Source of the DNA: an uncultured archaeon
Lineage (GTDB): Archaea; Asgardarchaeota; Thorarchaeia; Thorarchaeales; Thorarchaeaceae
Assembly: GCA_964610875.1 (NCBI GenBank)
Contig: CAZSWP010000017.1
Span: 1 to 64,000, forward strand
Direction of reading: 5' to 3'
DNA length: 64,000 nucleotides
Shown here: piece by piece, positions 18,841 to 29,572 of the stretch
Layout of the letters: every line of letters starts with the position of its first letter
How positions within the stretch are numbered: the stretch's first letter is position 1
The notes under the pieces: model-generated
The model's input: only the letters and a program-made list of their open reading frames with translations
Told to the model about the DNA's origin: nothing
Database searches by the model: none
Made by a program: the position numbers and the translations under genes

Positions 18841-21800
18841 ATGAGGATCAGGTTCTTTTCTATAGTTCTTATTCTATCTCTACTGGTGAATCCACTTATC
18901 GTAGCAATGAACTCTGATGTGGGCACCCAGTTGAGTGTTAAAACACACTCTCAAAAGATAGAACAAAGTTCAAGAGATGACGGATACCCAGCAAGTATCC
19001 TATTCAACCCAGATAATCAGATTTGTAGGAGTGCAGCAGAAAAGCTCTATCATGAGCTATCCCCTACAAGTCTTATCATTAATTTGATTCCAATCAAATC
19101 AGAGGAAATGCTCACACAAAATATGATTGACTCAAAGATGAACATCTATGTTTTTCATGGTACTGAGAACGGAATGGAAGTAGGATCAGAAATCATATCT
19201 TGGCTTACACTAAGTACCATTATCGATCAAACCGGTCCTGAACACAATATATTCCAAGTTTGTCATTCAAACCTTCTTGAAGACATGCTCCCTGACAAAA
19301 GTATTCATACTCTCAAAGGATCTATTGACACTGAGATAGCAATACTTGGAGCATTATGTGCCATCTATGATATTTTTGACTTGTCGACTGATTCAAAAGA
19401 AGAAGCATTGGCAAGCGAAATTTTTGATATCACCAGTATCTATCTACTAAGTAATCTAAACACTATAATACAACGAACAATGAATCCTCAAAACACACTT
19501 GATGGTTTTTACATAGATTATGGACAGGATGAAACAGACGCACGTGGACCTTGGGGATGGATCATTGACGTGTTCATGTACATCCTTCTAGTCACGGGAT
19601 ACACAAATGGTGACTGGTACGATTCAAATTCTACACATGTGAATTTTGATAAAGATAGAATCAACAGCGGTTCTACTGGAACAGGCTCCATGACCATGGA
19701 GAAGATGGGAGGAGGAGACAAAGATACAGGCGAGTTCCCATTTGAGATTCCCATTGATTTTGACGTTACCCCAAGAATTGGTACTGGACCCTGGTACATG
19801 CCAGACTATGTGGATTTGGTATTTACCGTGCAAGCTGAAGACGGAGCACTTGACTTAGCCAAGGTCCTTGGACTAAAACAAGTCTTCAAAGCTGCAGGAT
19901 ATGATGTTTCACTTGAACTCACACCAAAACTTAGTGCTACATTACGTATAGGTAACTTCATTCAACAAATAGCTGATGCCAACCCAACGGTAGCAGAGAA
20001 TCCTTTCAAATTCATGGGAGGGTCATTCTCAATTGAACTTGGTTTCGAGCTTGGGATTCCATTGGCAACGTTCTTGGATTACCTCATTCCTGGAACTGGA
20101 AAGACGGTTTCCACAATAATGGATGTCTTGAACATGAAGGTCAATTTGGTCAACTACTTGTCTCTTGCACTAGGGATGAACTACAATGCTACCACTGAAG
20201 CTTCAAAGCAAGATGTAACGTTGAAGGTTGGATTTGGACTAGACATAGCACTGAGTCTGCCTTCACCAGCATCATACATCAAAGAGGCAATAGGTGTCAG
20301 TCTACCTTTAGACTTCATAAAGCTTGGACTCCAACTGAAGGCAAAGACAGGTATCTTAGCACAAGCATCTTTTGGACACGAGGGTGATTCGTTCAAAGTC
20401 GGACTCTTCTATAATCTCTTCTTCAAGTTCTATGCTTCACTCTTCTGGATTTTCAAGTTTGATGTTACCAAGTCATGGAAAGGTACCGTTCCCTTTCTTT
20501 CAATCCAGTCAAAAAATAGTAACACCAATCCTCCAACAGACGAGCACGCAAACTTGGACCTCGATGGTGATGGGCTCTGGGACGAACTTGAGAAAAGCAT
20601 GGGTCTTGATCCTACTCAAGTTGATACTGATGGTGACCACCTCTCAGATGGAAATGAATTACTGAACTACTTCACTGACCCTTTACTAAGTGATACAGAC
20701 GCTGATGGGCTTTCCGACTCCGAAGAACTTGCGTTGTTTTACGCTGCTGGCCTCGACCCATTGGCAGACTATGACAATGATGGCAAACCTAGTATCATGG
20801 ATTATGACAGCGATGATGATGGGCTCAATGATAAACAAGAACTCAAGGGAATGAGCAGTGTGTATTGGCTTGAAGTCATTAAAACCAATCCTTCAGTAAA
20901 GGACAGCGATTACGATGGGTTTACTGATTCTGAGGAATGGGCTTTTGCTGGACATGATTTGGAAGATGCACATCCACACCCACTAAAGAAAGACTCAGAT
21001 CAAGATGGACTTTGGGATAAGTTCGAATATGATTGGTATCAGAATGAGTATGGTGTTCCATCTCCAGTATTATATATTCTAAATAGCGATGTTGATGGAG
21101 AAGGCTTGAATGATGGAGAGGAATTCGACTACGGCACTTCGCCACTCGATATTGATACAGACAACGACTTCGACCTCAATAATGATAACATCATTAATTC
21201 AACTGAACAAAATCTTGCCATCAATGACGGTAACTATGGCAGCTTCACTGATTACGGAGAAATTCAAGGGAATACTTGGCAAGCTTGGAATTTTGGTCTG
21301 GACGACTGCGTGCCACCAAACCCAACACCTACTAATCCTCTCAAGAAAGATTCAGATAACGATGGAGTCAGTGACGTTGCTGAGTACACAGCAAATACAC
21401 TTCCTGTTTCAGAAGATTCGGATGCTGACGGTATTGAAAATGTACAAGACTTCTTCTTCTTCCATGCTAATTGTACTGACCCAGATACAGATAATGACTA
21501 TCTAAGAGATGGAACTGAGGTCCAGTACTATAACCTGATAAGAGGTATATCCAATGAGAGCATTGCCAATCTACATTACTTGAATAACTCTGATGTTGAT
21601 GAAGATGGAGTGCTTGATGGTTTAGAACTTAGAATAGGGACTGATCCTCTCAATAACGATACTGACTCTGATGGGTTGCTGGATGGAGAAGAGCTTGAGA
21701 TAGGTTCCTACCCGCTGGTTAATGATACAGATGAGGACTCATTGTTGGATGGTGTTGAAGTACACTACTATAACACGGATCCACTCCGAAAAGACACAGA

Positions 21801-23562
21801 TAATGATGGACTCCCAGACCCAATTGAAGTAGTTGAGGGAAGCCTCTACATCCTGTACAGAGGTAATGTGACATACTTTACGAATCCAAATGATCCTGAT
21901 TCAGATGATGATGGAATCACAGATGGGGAGGAATACTATGGCTGGAACTGGGCAGTTGACCGGAAAGTAGCTCCAGGTTCTAATGATATTGATGAACCAA
22001 TCATAGAAGAGGATGACGAGTATATCCTCGACGAATTGTTTGGAGCTCCAGACCCATACCGTGCTCGTTTCCAGACACACCCTGCAGATCCAGATACAGA
22101 CATGGATGGACTTTCCGATGGCCTTGAGAAGGAAATTGTCCTCTCACCTTTGACAAATGACACAGATGCAGACAATTGGATAGATGTGGATGAGATTGAC
22201 TACATGATGAAAAGATTCCCCAGCACGTGGGAGAGCTATGACATTTGGCACTATCTTGACTTTGATAGAGATGGTGTGAGTGACTTTGTAGAAATGCAAG
22301 AAGGCACTGATATGTTAATGCCCGATACTGACATGGATGGGCTTGATGACTGGACGGAGCTATTTGTACCGAGTTCAGTGTCGAACGAAAGCACTGGTTC
22401 AATTGGCACAAGAGAGGGAGTCACAGTTACCGCTAACACAACTTTACCTGAGAATAGAAGGTACACTCTTGCAACGAAAGCAGATACGGATGAAGACGGT
22501 CTCAATGACTATTGGGAACTCATGAATGGGACGGACCCTCTTAATCCCGATTCGGACTTTGACGACCTCACTGATTATGAAGAGTTGGTCACATATCAGA
22601 CCTATGAGGGGTCAATAAAGGTTTCACTTGACCCTCTGAATAATGATACAGATGCAGATGGCATTATTGATGGAGTTGAAGTCCAATATTGTGAGGAACG
22701 TATGAGTGAAAGCGGTAACTCTGAACATGGCCCAATGGGTGACTTCGATAATGATGGTATCATTAATATCTTAGATTATGATTCAGACGACGATGGCATC
22801 TATGATGGATTTGAGGTTTTTGAATATCACGACCCATCTTTGAGTTGGCATCCCATTGGTACTGACATGTTTGATGGAGACCAAAACAACGACATGTGGG
22901 TTGATGGTATTGATACAGATTTCGATAATGATTCTCTATCAGACTATCATGAGCTTACTATGATTATACCCGGTTACACATACACCACTCTTGGAGATGA
23001 AAACACAACCTTCAGACATTACTCACATCTTATCAACCATACACTCTGTGTGCTTGAAGATACAGATTCTGATGGCTATAATGATGGTTGGGAGATCAAC
23101 TTTGGCTCGGATCCGTTGAATCCAAATAGTTTTCCGCAAATATTCAGCTGGCAAATCCCAGACTTCGGATACAACATTGGTTTTCAGACATCATCCAATA
23201 TTCAAAATCAGACTTTTAGTACTGAAGATGGTACTTTGGAGTTTGACATCAGTGGACCAGAAGGGACCATTGGTTTCTGCAATGTGACTATTCCTCATGG
23301 TCTTCTTTATGCAGCTCAGAATGAGTGGATTGTCCTCTTCGATGGTGATCCGATAAGTTATGTTGCTGAACCAAATGAAACTGCAACTATGATTTCCTTT
23401 TCTTATCAACACAGTGAACACCATGTCGTAATACAAGGTACTGATGTTCTATCACCTCCTAGTGGTTTTGACCCGATTCAATTACTACTCATTGGTTCCA
23501 TAGTAGGTGTAGTCATTATAGTTGTCTTAGTTTTCTTGTTGAAACAGAGAAAACAATCTTAG
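18841..23562 (+). CDS. Large secreted, C-terminally anchored protein with DxDxDG (thrombospondin type 3-like) Ca-binding repeats
   Basis: Signal peptide MRIRFFSIVLILSLLVNPLIVA; many D(T/S)DxDG(L)xDxxE...T(D/N)P repeats; C-terminal TM plus KQRKQS. Confidence 0.85.
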   Translation: MRIRFFSIVLILSLLVNPLIVAMNSDVGTQLSVKTHSQKIEQSSRDDGYPASILFNPDNQICRSAAEKLYHELSPTSLIINLIPIKSEEMLTQNMIDSKMNIYVFHGTENGMEVGSEIISWLTLSTIIDQTGPEHNIFQVCHSNLLEDMLPDKSIHTLKGSIDTEIAILGALCAIYDIFDLSTDSKEEALASEIFDITSIYLLSNLNTIIQRTMNPQNTLDGFYIDYGQDETDARGPWGWIIDVFMYILLVTGYTNGDWYDSNSTHVNFDKDRINSGSTGTGSMTMEKMGGGDKDTGEFPFEIPIDFDVTPRIGTGPWYMPDYVDLVFTVQAEDGALDLAKVLGLKQVFKAAGYDVSLELTPKLSATLRIGNFIQQIADANPTVAENPFKFMGGSFSIELGFELGIPLATFLDYLIPGTGKTVSTIMDVLNMKVNLVNYLSLALGMNYNATTEASKQDVTLKVGFGLDIALSLPSPASYIKEAIGVSLPLDFIKLGLQLKAKTGILAQASFGHEGDSFKVGLFYNLFFKFYASLFWIFKFDVTKSWKGTVPFLSIQSKNSNTNPPTDEHANLDLDGDGLWDELEKSMGLDPTQVDTDGDHLSDGNELLNYFTDPLLSDTDADGLSDSEELALFYAAGLDPLADYDNDGKPSIMDYDSDDDGLNDKQELKGMSSVYWLEVIKTNPSVKDSDYDGFTDSEEWAFAGHDLEDAHPHPLKKDSDQDGLWDKFEYDWYQNEYGVPSPVLYILNSDVDGEGLNDGEEFDYGTSPLDIDTDNDFDLNNDNIINSTEQNLAINDGNYGSFTDYGEIQGNTWQAWNFGLDDCVPPNPTPTNPLKKDSDNDGVSDVAEYTANTLPVSEDSDADGIENVQDFFFFHANCTDPDTDNDYLRDGTEVQYYNLIRGISNESIANLHYLNNSDVDEDGVLDGLELRIGTDPLNNDTDSDGLLDGEELEIGSYPLVNDTDEDSLLDGVEVHYYNTDPLRKDTDNDGLPDPIEVVEGSLYILYRGNVTYFTNPNDPDSDDDGITDGEEYYGWNWAVDRKVAPGSNDIDEPIIEEDDEYILDELFGAPDPYRARFQTHPADPDTDMDGLSDGLEKEIVLSPLTNDTDADNWIDVDEIDYMMKRFPSTWESYDIWHYLDFDRDGVSDFVEMQEGTDMLMPDTDMDGLDDWTELFVPSSVSNESTGSIGTREGVTVTANTTLPENRRYTLATKADTDEDGLNDYWELMNGTDPLNPDSDFDDLTDYEELVTYQTYEGSIKVSLDPLNNDTDADGIIDGVEVQYCEERMSESGNSEHGPMGDFDNDGIINILDYDSDDDGIYDGFEVFEYHDPSLSWHPIGTDMFDGDQNNDMWVDGIDTDFDNDSLSDYHELTMIIPGYTYTTLGDENTTFRHYSHLINHTLCVLEDTDSDGYNDGWEINFGSDPLNPNSFPQIFSWQIPDFGYNIGFQTSSNIQNQTFSTEDGTLEFDISGPEGTIGFCNVTIPHGLLYAAQNEWIVLFDGDPISYVAEPNETATMISFSYQHSEHHVVIQGTDVLSPPSGFDPIQLLLIGSIVGVVIIVVLVFLLKQRKQS

Positions 23563-23567
23563 TTGGC

Positions 23568-23597
23568 TGGCAGAGCTATTCTGCCACCACATTTTTT
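23568..23597 (+). terminator. Hairpin plus T-tract
   Basis: TGGCAGAG-CTA-TTCTGCCA followed by TTTTTT, directly after the stop codon. Confidence 0.6.
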
Positions 23598-23651
23598 CTT
23601 TATCAATGATAAATCAATTTACTCCGGGTTTGAAGTAATATTACATTGTAA

Positions 23652-24292
23652 CTAGTGATACTCAATAATATTTTCCAGTTCAATATTTGAAAGATGTCCA
23701 CATTCATTGAGTTTTCTTATAGTTCGTTCACCCAGACGATTCACTCGTAACCAAGTGATGTTACAGGTATGCTGTTCGTATGTGATTCTAGCTTCTAATG
23801 GGATGCCAAGCCAGGTAGATATCAGGCAGTGCAGCGTATTTCCATGACTGATGACAACAGCTCTTCTTTTTTCGACAGAGGATATCTGTTCCAATGCTTT
23901 TGTAGCCCTCTCGTATAAAATTCTCCAAGATTCACCACCTTCAAAGGGAATCCAATCCTCTATTGGTTCAATTAAGGGATTCATGATTCCCCTTGCTTCA
24001 TCGTTTGAAAGACCAACAGCGACGCCATTATTGAGCTCGCGGAGATCTTTTAGAAAAACCACCTCTGAGTTTAGAGATTTAGATATAATCTCAGCAGTCT
24101 GAGATGCTCTAAGGAGGTCACTTGAGAAGAGTGTGAATTCATCTTCATCTAGAACCGATTTGAGGCGCTTCGCCAGTGCAGCTGCTTGCTTGATTCCTCT
24201 CTCGGTGAGTGGAGTGTCAGTCATCCACCAGTCATGTCTTCAACAATATGCTTTGACTTTCCATGGCAAGATAATATCAATTCCTCAATCAT
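23652..24292 (-). pseudogene. Histidine phosphatase (phosphoglycerate mutase family), frameshifted
   Basis: Upstream frame MIEELILSCHGKSKHIVEDMTGG* joins TDTPLTERG after a 1-nt deletion (GGA TG[G] ACT GAC); FSSDLLRASQTA, LRELNNG, VISHG present. Confidence 0.8.
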
Positions 24293-24430
24293 GTGGTCAT
24301 CCCTTGATAAGATGAAACTATTCATTTACTTATAGATAGCTTATACTAAGAAGTCATTTTGTGTTCATGTGAGAATTCTTAATAGAAAGAATACTAGCGA
24401 TGGTTTTACAGAAGGTAGGTCAAAGAGAAT

Positions 24431-25249
24431 ATGACAGCTACAAACAGACGTAATGAAGATGCATGGGATAGTCTCTCAGATTATTATCAAGCCAATACAA
24501 GAATCTCCTTGGAGAACTACCACTACAATCCATATGGTCCGGGAGATAATGAACTCAAAGTAATTGGAGATGTCACAGGCTTAGATGTTTTGGAAGTTGG
24601 ATGCGGAGGAGGACAGAATAGCATAGTATTATCAAAACAGGGGGCAAAGTCCGTCACAGGACTCGATCAGTCAGTCCAACAACTGGATTATGCTAGAGAA
24701 CTCGCGAAACAGGAACATGTCGAAGTATCGTTCTTGAAAAGTGATATGGAAAAAATGTCTATGTTGGAGGACTCATCATATGACCTGATTGTGTCATCAC
24801 ATGCTATGAACTATGCATCAGATATTCATGCTGTCTTCAGAGAAAGCTATCGAGTTCTTAGATTTGAAGGCAGGATTATCACTTGTATGGCACATCCAGT
24901 CTGGCTTGTTGTTGGTGAAGCTCTTGAAGAGAATGATATCTCTAAGATTGCAAATTACTTTCAATCAGAGAGAGAAACATGGGAGTGGCATGAATATAGA
25001 GGCAAGAAAATTGGAAATTTTGAAACAACACCATGGACATTGGGAGATATAATCAATGGATTGATAGATGTGGGATTTATTGTTCAAAGGATTGATGAGC
25101 CTAAAGGATATACCTTTGATGAAGTGAATAATTTACCACTAGATGCTGTTCCCTACCGTGATAAGTTGTATACACCAAAGAAGTTCATCCGAGCTAACAC
25201 AATAGTTCCTAACTCAATCATAATCACTGCTATGAAGAAGAATTCTTAA
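24431..25249 (+). CDS. Class I SAM-dependent methyltransferase
   Basis: VLEVGCGGGQ, GLDQS, SYDLIVSS, YRVLRFEG. Confidence 0.9.
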   Translation: MTATNRRNEDAWDSLSDYYQANTRISLENYHYNPYGPGDNELKVIGDVTGLDVLEVGCGGGQNSIVLSKQGAKSVTGLDQSVQQLDYARELAKQEHVEVSFLKSDMEKMSMLEDSSYDLIVSSHAMNYASDIHAVFRESYRVLRFEGRIITCMAHPVWLVVGEALEENDISKIANYFQSERETWEWHEYRGKKIGNFETTPWTLGDIINGLIDVGFIVQRIDEPKGYTFDEVNNLPLDAVPYRDKLYTPKKFIRANTIVPNSIIITAMKKNS

Positions 25250-25312
25250 TTTACTTTAACATAAATAATCCCAGAAGTCTTTTCAGGAGGAGAAGATTCA
25301 ATTAAAAGGTAC

Positions 25313-26746
25313 TTGGTGGTCTTGATGCAACTATTTGAGATTCTTATGCTCATTGTCATTGTCCTGTTGATTCTGCAATATTTTAGCCCTAAGATGCAAA
25401 AGAGAATATTTGATGTCAATCTCTCGTTCTTTATTGATTTAATCAATATTGCATTTCTTGTATTGCATATACTTTTTGAAGGTGCACGATGGCAGCTAAT
25501 TCCACTATATCTTACAGTATTTGCATTATTCATAGCTGGGTTTTACCAAGAATTCACTTATAGAAAAGCAAGTTTACCTAGAGAAGGTCCAAAGAGTAGT
25601 AAAACCCCATCGAGAATTTCACGAGCTGTAATCCTCCTAATCATAATGATTGTCATATCATCGACTTTGTTCTTAGATCAACTATTTCCAATGTTTGATA
25701 TTCCAAATCCAAGTGGTTCATATAATGTTGGGACAGTTATTTTCGATTTGACTGATTCATCTAGGGATGAGGTTTTTACAGCAAATCCAGATGATAACCG
25801 TAGGATTTTGATTCAAGTATGGTATCCTACTGATGATGTCAGTATGGATACAAAAGCTCCGTATATCTCAGACATGGAAGCATTTGGTACGGGGATACAA
25901 CAATCATTTAGATTTCCGCCATTGCTAGTTAGTCATTTGAATAACATAAAGACAAACTCATACACTGGAGTTGAGGTTTCCGAAAACCAAGCAGAATATC
26001 CAGTGCTTCTCTTCTCCCATGGATATGGAGGATTGATAATGCAAAACACAATCCTGATGGAAGAATTGGCGAGTCACGGGTACATCGTGTTTAGCATCTG
26101 CCATCCATACGAATCTGCAGTAGCGAGTTTCCCAGATGGAACTGACATATTTGAAGGTGAAGCTCCAGAAGGGCATTTCATAAATGATAGTCTAACTATC
26201 TGGGCTAATGACTCAACATATCTACTTGACCAACTAGAGGTCACAGAGAATACTGTAATTCCTGGTGTTTTGTGGGGAAAGATGGACTTGGATAGAATCG
26301 GAGCTTTGGGACATTCCTTTGGTGGAACAACTGCAGAAGAGTTGTGTCTAACAGATGCCCGTGTAATAATAGGAATTAGCTTTGACTCTCCACATATTGG
26401 CGCATCGAGAGAACTTAACATGACAAAACCATTCATGCTATTCTTTGGCCCGGATTATGGAAATCCAGGATTGAATGATATAGTGTACAATAACGCACAG
26501 AATACATGCTACGGATTGTATGTCAATGATACAAGACACTACAACTTTGCTGACGTAGATCTCTGGTCACCAATCCTCCAGTCATTTGGCTTGATAGGAA
26601 AGATCAATCCATATAGAATGATGAATATCATGAACACGTACATCATCGAATTCCTTGACCAAGAAATGAAAGGTGAAGACTCCGCACTTCTTGATGAGCA
26701 GTCAACAGATTATCCTGAAGTCATGTTCTATTGGAATGGCATATGA
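25313..26746 (+). CDS. Membrane-anchored alpha/beta hydrolase (PAF-acetylhydrolase-like)
   Basis: N-terminal TMs; PSGSYNVG, VWYP, PVLLFSHGYGG, ELASHGY, GHSFGG, HYNFAD. Confidence 0.9.
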   Translation: MVVLMQLFEILMLIVIVLLILQYFSPKMQKRIFDVNLSFFIDLINIAFLVLHILFEGARWQLIPLYLTVFALFIAGFYQEFTYRKASLPREGPKSSKTPSRISRAVILLIIMIVISSTLFLDQLFPMFDIPNPSGSYNVGTVIFDLTDSSRDEVFTANPDDNRRILIQVWYPTDDVSMDTKAPYISDMEAFGTGIQQSFRFPPLLVSHLNNIKTNSYTGVEVSENQAEYPVLLFSHGYGGLIMQNTILMEELASHGYIVFSICHPYESAVASFPDGTDIFEGEAPEGHFINDSLTIWANDSTYLLDQLEVTENTVIPGVLWGKMDLDRIGALGHSFGGTTAEELCLTDARVIIGISFDSPHIGASRELNMTKPFMLFFGPDYGNPGLNDIVYNNAQNTCYGLYVNDTRHYNFADVDLWSPILQSFGLIGKINPYRMMNIMNTYIIEFLDQEMKGEDSALLDEQSTDYPEVMFYWNGI

Positions 26747-26787
26747 CCTTAGTAAGGAGAAATCTGACCCATCAGTACTCGGACCAG

Positions 26788-27939
26788 CTAAAAAAAGTTC
26801 GAAAACTGATTGCATATCTTTCGGATTATTCTCCGATTTGCTCTCTTGATACTTGTATCAACAGTTCTTTCTTCTTGGTCCTCAAGTTTCTCTTCATCTT
26901 CACCTTGCAGTCCAGTCAATGTTGCTCTAACACAAGGGCCAAGCACAAGTGGATTATATCCACCTTCTAATACCCAGAAAGTCCCATGTATACCCATAGA
27001 GGATGAGAGCTCATCAAGTTTATTGGCAATATACCAGTATGTTCGGGAATCCACATCCATATCTCCTAAAGGATCAGTGAAGTGCGCGTCGTAACCTGCA
27101 GAAACAGCAATCACATCTGGTTTGAAACTTTCAATCGCTGGAACTACAATTCTATCAATGGCACTTCTATATGAAGGATCAGGAGACTCTTCTCGAAGGG
27201 GGATGTTGATGTTTGTTCCAAAGCCATCTCCCTTACCCATCTCATGAAAATGACCAAGACCATAACTCACGTAATCGTATTCATGAATTGAAATGAATTG
27301 AACATCCGCATCTTGGTAGAATATCTCTGCAGTGCCATTTCCAAAATGATCATCAATATCTAAAATCGAAACGCGATGCACTCCGTCCTCTTGCAAGATT
27401 TTTTTCGTGGCAACTGCTACATTATTGAAATAACAAAGCCCGGTTGTTGAAGAGCTGGTGGCATGATGACCAGGTGGACGAATCAATGCAAATGCATGTT
27501 TACAGGACTCCTCAATAACCAGTTCTGCAGCAATAAGTGATCCACCAAGAGAATAGAGAGCTGAATTTAGTAGATTCTGGCTAGCATATGCGGATTCACC
27601 TAATTGACCACTACCAAAATCGGAAAGCAACTCTACGGAATGGACATGATAATCTGAATGAACTAGTAGCGCTTCTTCAATTGTTGCCATAGGAGTTTTA
27701 ATGTTGATCAAATTGCTGAGAATATTATTTTCTTCAAGATATTGCATTGTGATCAGCAAGCGTTCAGGATTCTCAAACGCCTCCATGTGTGGCTTAGGAA
27801 ATGGTGCAGAGTGCTGGTCCAATCCAACTTGGTCAATTACTGTAATGGGATTGCAAGACATAATGCCACACAATTCTTGCATAGATAATTCACTATTTAC
27901 CCTTTCACTGGATGGATTGAATCTTATTACCAATCTCAA
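26788..27939 (-). CDS. Histone deacetylase-family (class II/AcuC-like) deacylase; start likely 27861
   Basis: ENPERL, RPPGHHA, GLCYFNNVA, DIDDHFGNGT, SAGYDAH, LEGGY. Confidence 0.93.
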   Translation of the reverse strand: MRLVIRFNPSSERVNSELSMQELCGIMSCNPITVIDQVGLDQHSAPFPKPHMEAFENPERLLITMQYLEENNILSNLINIKTPMATIEEALLVHSDYHVHSVELLSDFGSGQLGESAYASQNLLNSALYSLGGSLIAAELVIEESCKHAFALIRPPGHHATSSSTTGLCYFNNVAVATKKILQEDGVHRVSILDIDDHFGNGTAEIFYQDADVQFISIHEYDYVSYGLGHFHEMGKGDGFGTNINIPLREESPDPSYRSAIDRIVVPAIESFKPDVIAVSAGYDAHFTDPLGDMDVDSRTYWYIANKLDELSSSMGIHGTFWVLEGGYNPLVLGPCVRATLTGLQGEDEEKLEDQEERTVDTSIKRANRRIIRKICNQFSNFF

Positions 27940-28004
27940 TTTAGAATTAGATTACATACAAACAGTATTCATTAGTAAGAATACGGCATATTGAATGAAA
28001 AAAA

Positions 28005-28916
28005 TTGACAAATCCAGATGCTTCACTAATAGATGCAGCAAAAAGAGGAAGTCTTGAAGAAGTAATAGCCAGTATCGAAAATGGTGCGGATATTAACTTC
28101 CAAGAAGAGGTCTTTAGAAACTCTGCATTCCATATTGCTGCTAGCAATGGATTTCTTAATATCATAAAGCATCTCTTCGAGAATGGAGCAGATATCACTC
28201 TGCAAAATGCTGTTGATATGACACCTCTCCATCTTGCAGTTCGAGATGGAAGATTCTCAGTCTTTGTTTATCTCTTAGAAAATTTGGATTCATTTCCTGA
28301 ACTTCTTCTCAATGATGTTATCACCGTTGCAAGAATGTCAGTGTATAGTAATCCAATGTTTGTTAAGATGCTCGAGCAATTCAGAATAAAAGTGGTGAGA
28401 CCTTCAACAGACCATCTAGATGAAAAAGATGCACTCCTTCTTAATGCGGCTCATGATGGACAAACTGAAGATGTTACTCGAGCTATTAATCAAGGAGCAA
28501 ATATCGAGGTTGAAGATGGACGGGGAATGAATCCCCTAATCTGGGCATCTTTGAGAGGACAGATTGATGTAATTCGAATTCTCATTTCTCGCGGAGCAAA
28601 CATCGAAGCTTATAATTTTGCAGGTTGGACAGCTTTGATACAAGCCAGTGCACATGGTCATGATTCGATTGTGAAGCTATTGCTCGAGAGCGGTGCAGAT
28701 GTGAATGCTTCAACAAGACATGAAGAAACAGCCCTCCATTTTGCAGCGGAAGAGGGTTATACCGCTATAGTCGAACTATTATTGGAACACGGTGCAGATG
28801 GGACTCTCAGGGATAGCGATGAACGCTTAGCTGCAGATATTGCACGTGAATTTGGTCATGAAGAATTGGGTAAACTCATTGAGGGCAAGATGAAAGAGAA
28901 ATTATCTCGTTTATAG
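28005..28916 (+). CDS. Ankyrin repeat protein
   Basis: TPLHLAV, TALHFAA, LLESGADVNA repeats. Confidence 0.95.
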   Translation: MTNPDASLIDAAKRGSLEEVIASIENGADINFQEEVFRNSAFHIAASNGFLNIIKHLFENGADITLQNAVDMTPLHLAVRDGRFSVFVYLLENLDSFPELLLNDVITVARMSVYSNPMFVKMLEQFRIKVVRPSTDHLDEKDALLLNAAHDGQTEDVTRAINQGANIEVEDGRGMNPLIWASLRGQIDVIRILISRGANIEAYNFAGWTALIQASAHGHDSIVKLLLESGADVNASTRHEETALHFAAEEGYTAIVELLLEHGADGTLRDSDERLAADIAREFGHEELGKLIEGKMKEKLSRL

Positions 28917-28963
28917 GATATGATATCCTATGAATGTCTCTAAGACATTTTCAAATTCGTGAA

Positions 28964-29572
28964 TTACTCAGACTCATATTCCAAACTGAATCTGTCAGAT
29001 ATCCATTCTTTGACATCCTTTTTCTCATCTGATTTTGGACTTGGAGGTTTGCCTGTTCCTTCTTCGCGCAGTTTCTTCATTCGCACAGACATATCTGTAA
29101 CAGAATTGATATTACCTTCATCGAGAACCAGTTCTAGAACGGTTTCATAACTTGATGCACTCTGAAAACCCATATGAACATAGTTTTCGCTTATGAAGTC
29201 CTTTGCTATGATTATTCGTCCAGTGAAAGGTACCTTGAAATCCAAATTCTTGTAGATGTACGGAAACATTACACCATTGCTTTCAGGTTCTACTCCATTG
29301 ACTGGTTTCGCCTCAGCACTGCTTAGATACATTGTATCAAGAGTAAGTTCATTGTTTGGACATGTATATATATTTTGAAATCCTCTCCAACAAGCAGTAG
29401 ATGCTGGACGAGGTGAAATCCCAAAGTCTTGGGGAGAAGGTAGTTTTGTACCATCAATTCCGGATAGATAATACTCTTCTCCTTCAAATATCACAATATC
29501 AGAAACCTGTCCGGTCATAAATAACGAGTTACAATCCATCTCTTCAATCATTCTGTTCTGTCTTTTTACCAT
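28964..29572 (-). CDS. Hypothetical protein (start likely 29518, MTGQVSD)
   Basis: Protein-like ORF with STACWRG and YVHMGFQ; function not recognised. Confidence 0.7.
   Translation of the reverse strand: MVKRQNRMIEEMDCNSLFMTGQVSDIVIFEGEEYYLSGIDGTKLPSPQDFGISPRPASTACWRGFQNIYTCPNNELTLDTMYLSSAEAKPVNGVEPESNGVMFPYIYKNLDFKVPFTGRIIIAKDFISENYVHMGFQSASSYETVLELVLDEGNINSVTDMSVRMKKLREEGTGKPPSPKSDEKKDVKEWISDRFSLEYESE

Noticed and set aside
18163-23562. Genuine 1799-aa methyltransferase-adhesin fusion
   Set aside because: Internal signal peptide at 18841 and the paralog's stop position indicate two genes joined by stop loss
24222-24224. TGA in the histidine phosphatase as a recoded codon
   Set aside because: The downstream homologous sequence is in a different frame, so this is a 1-nt deletion, not read-through
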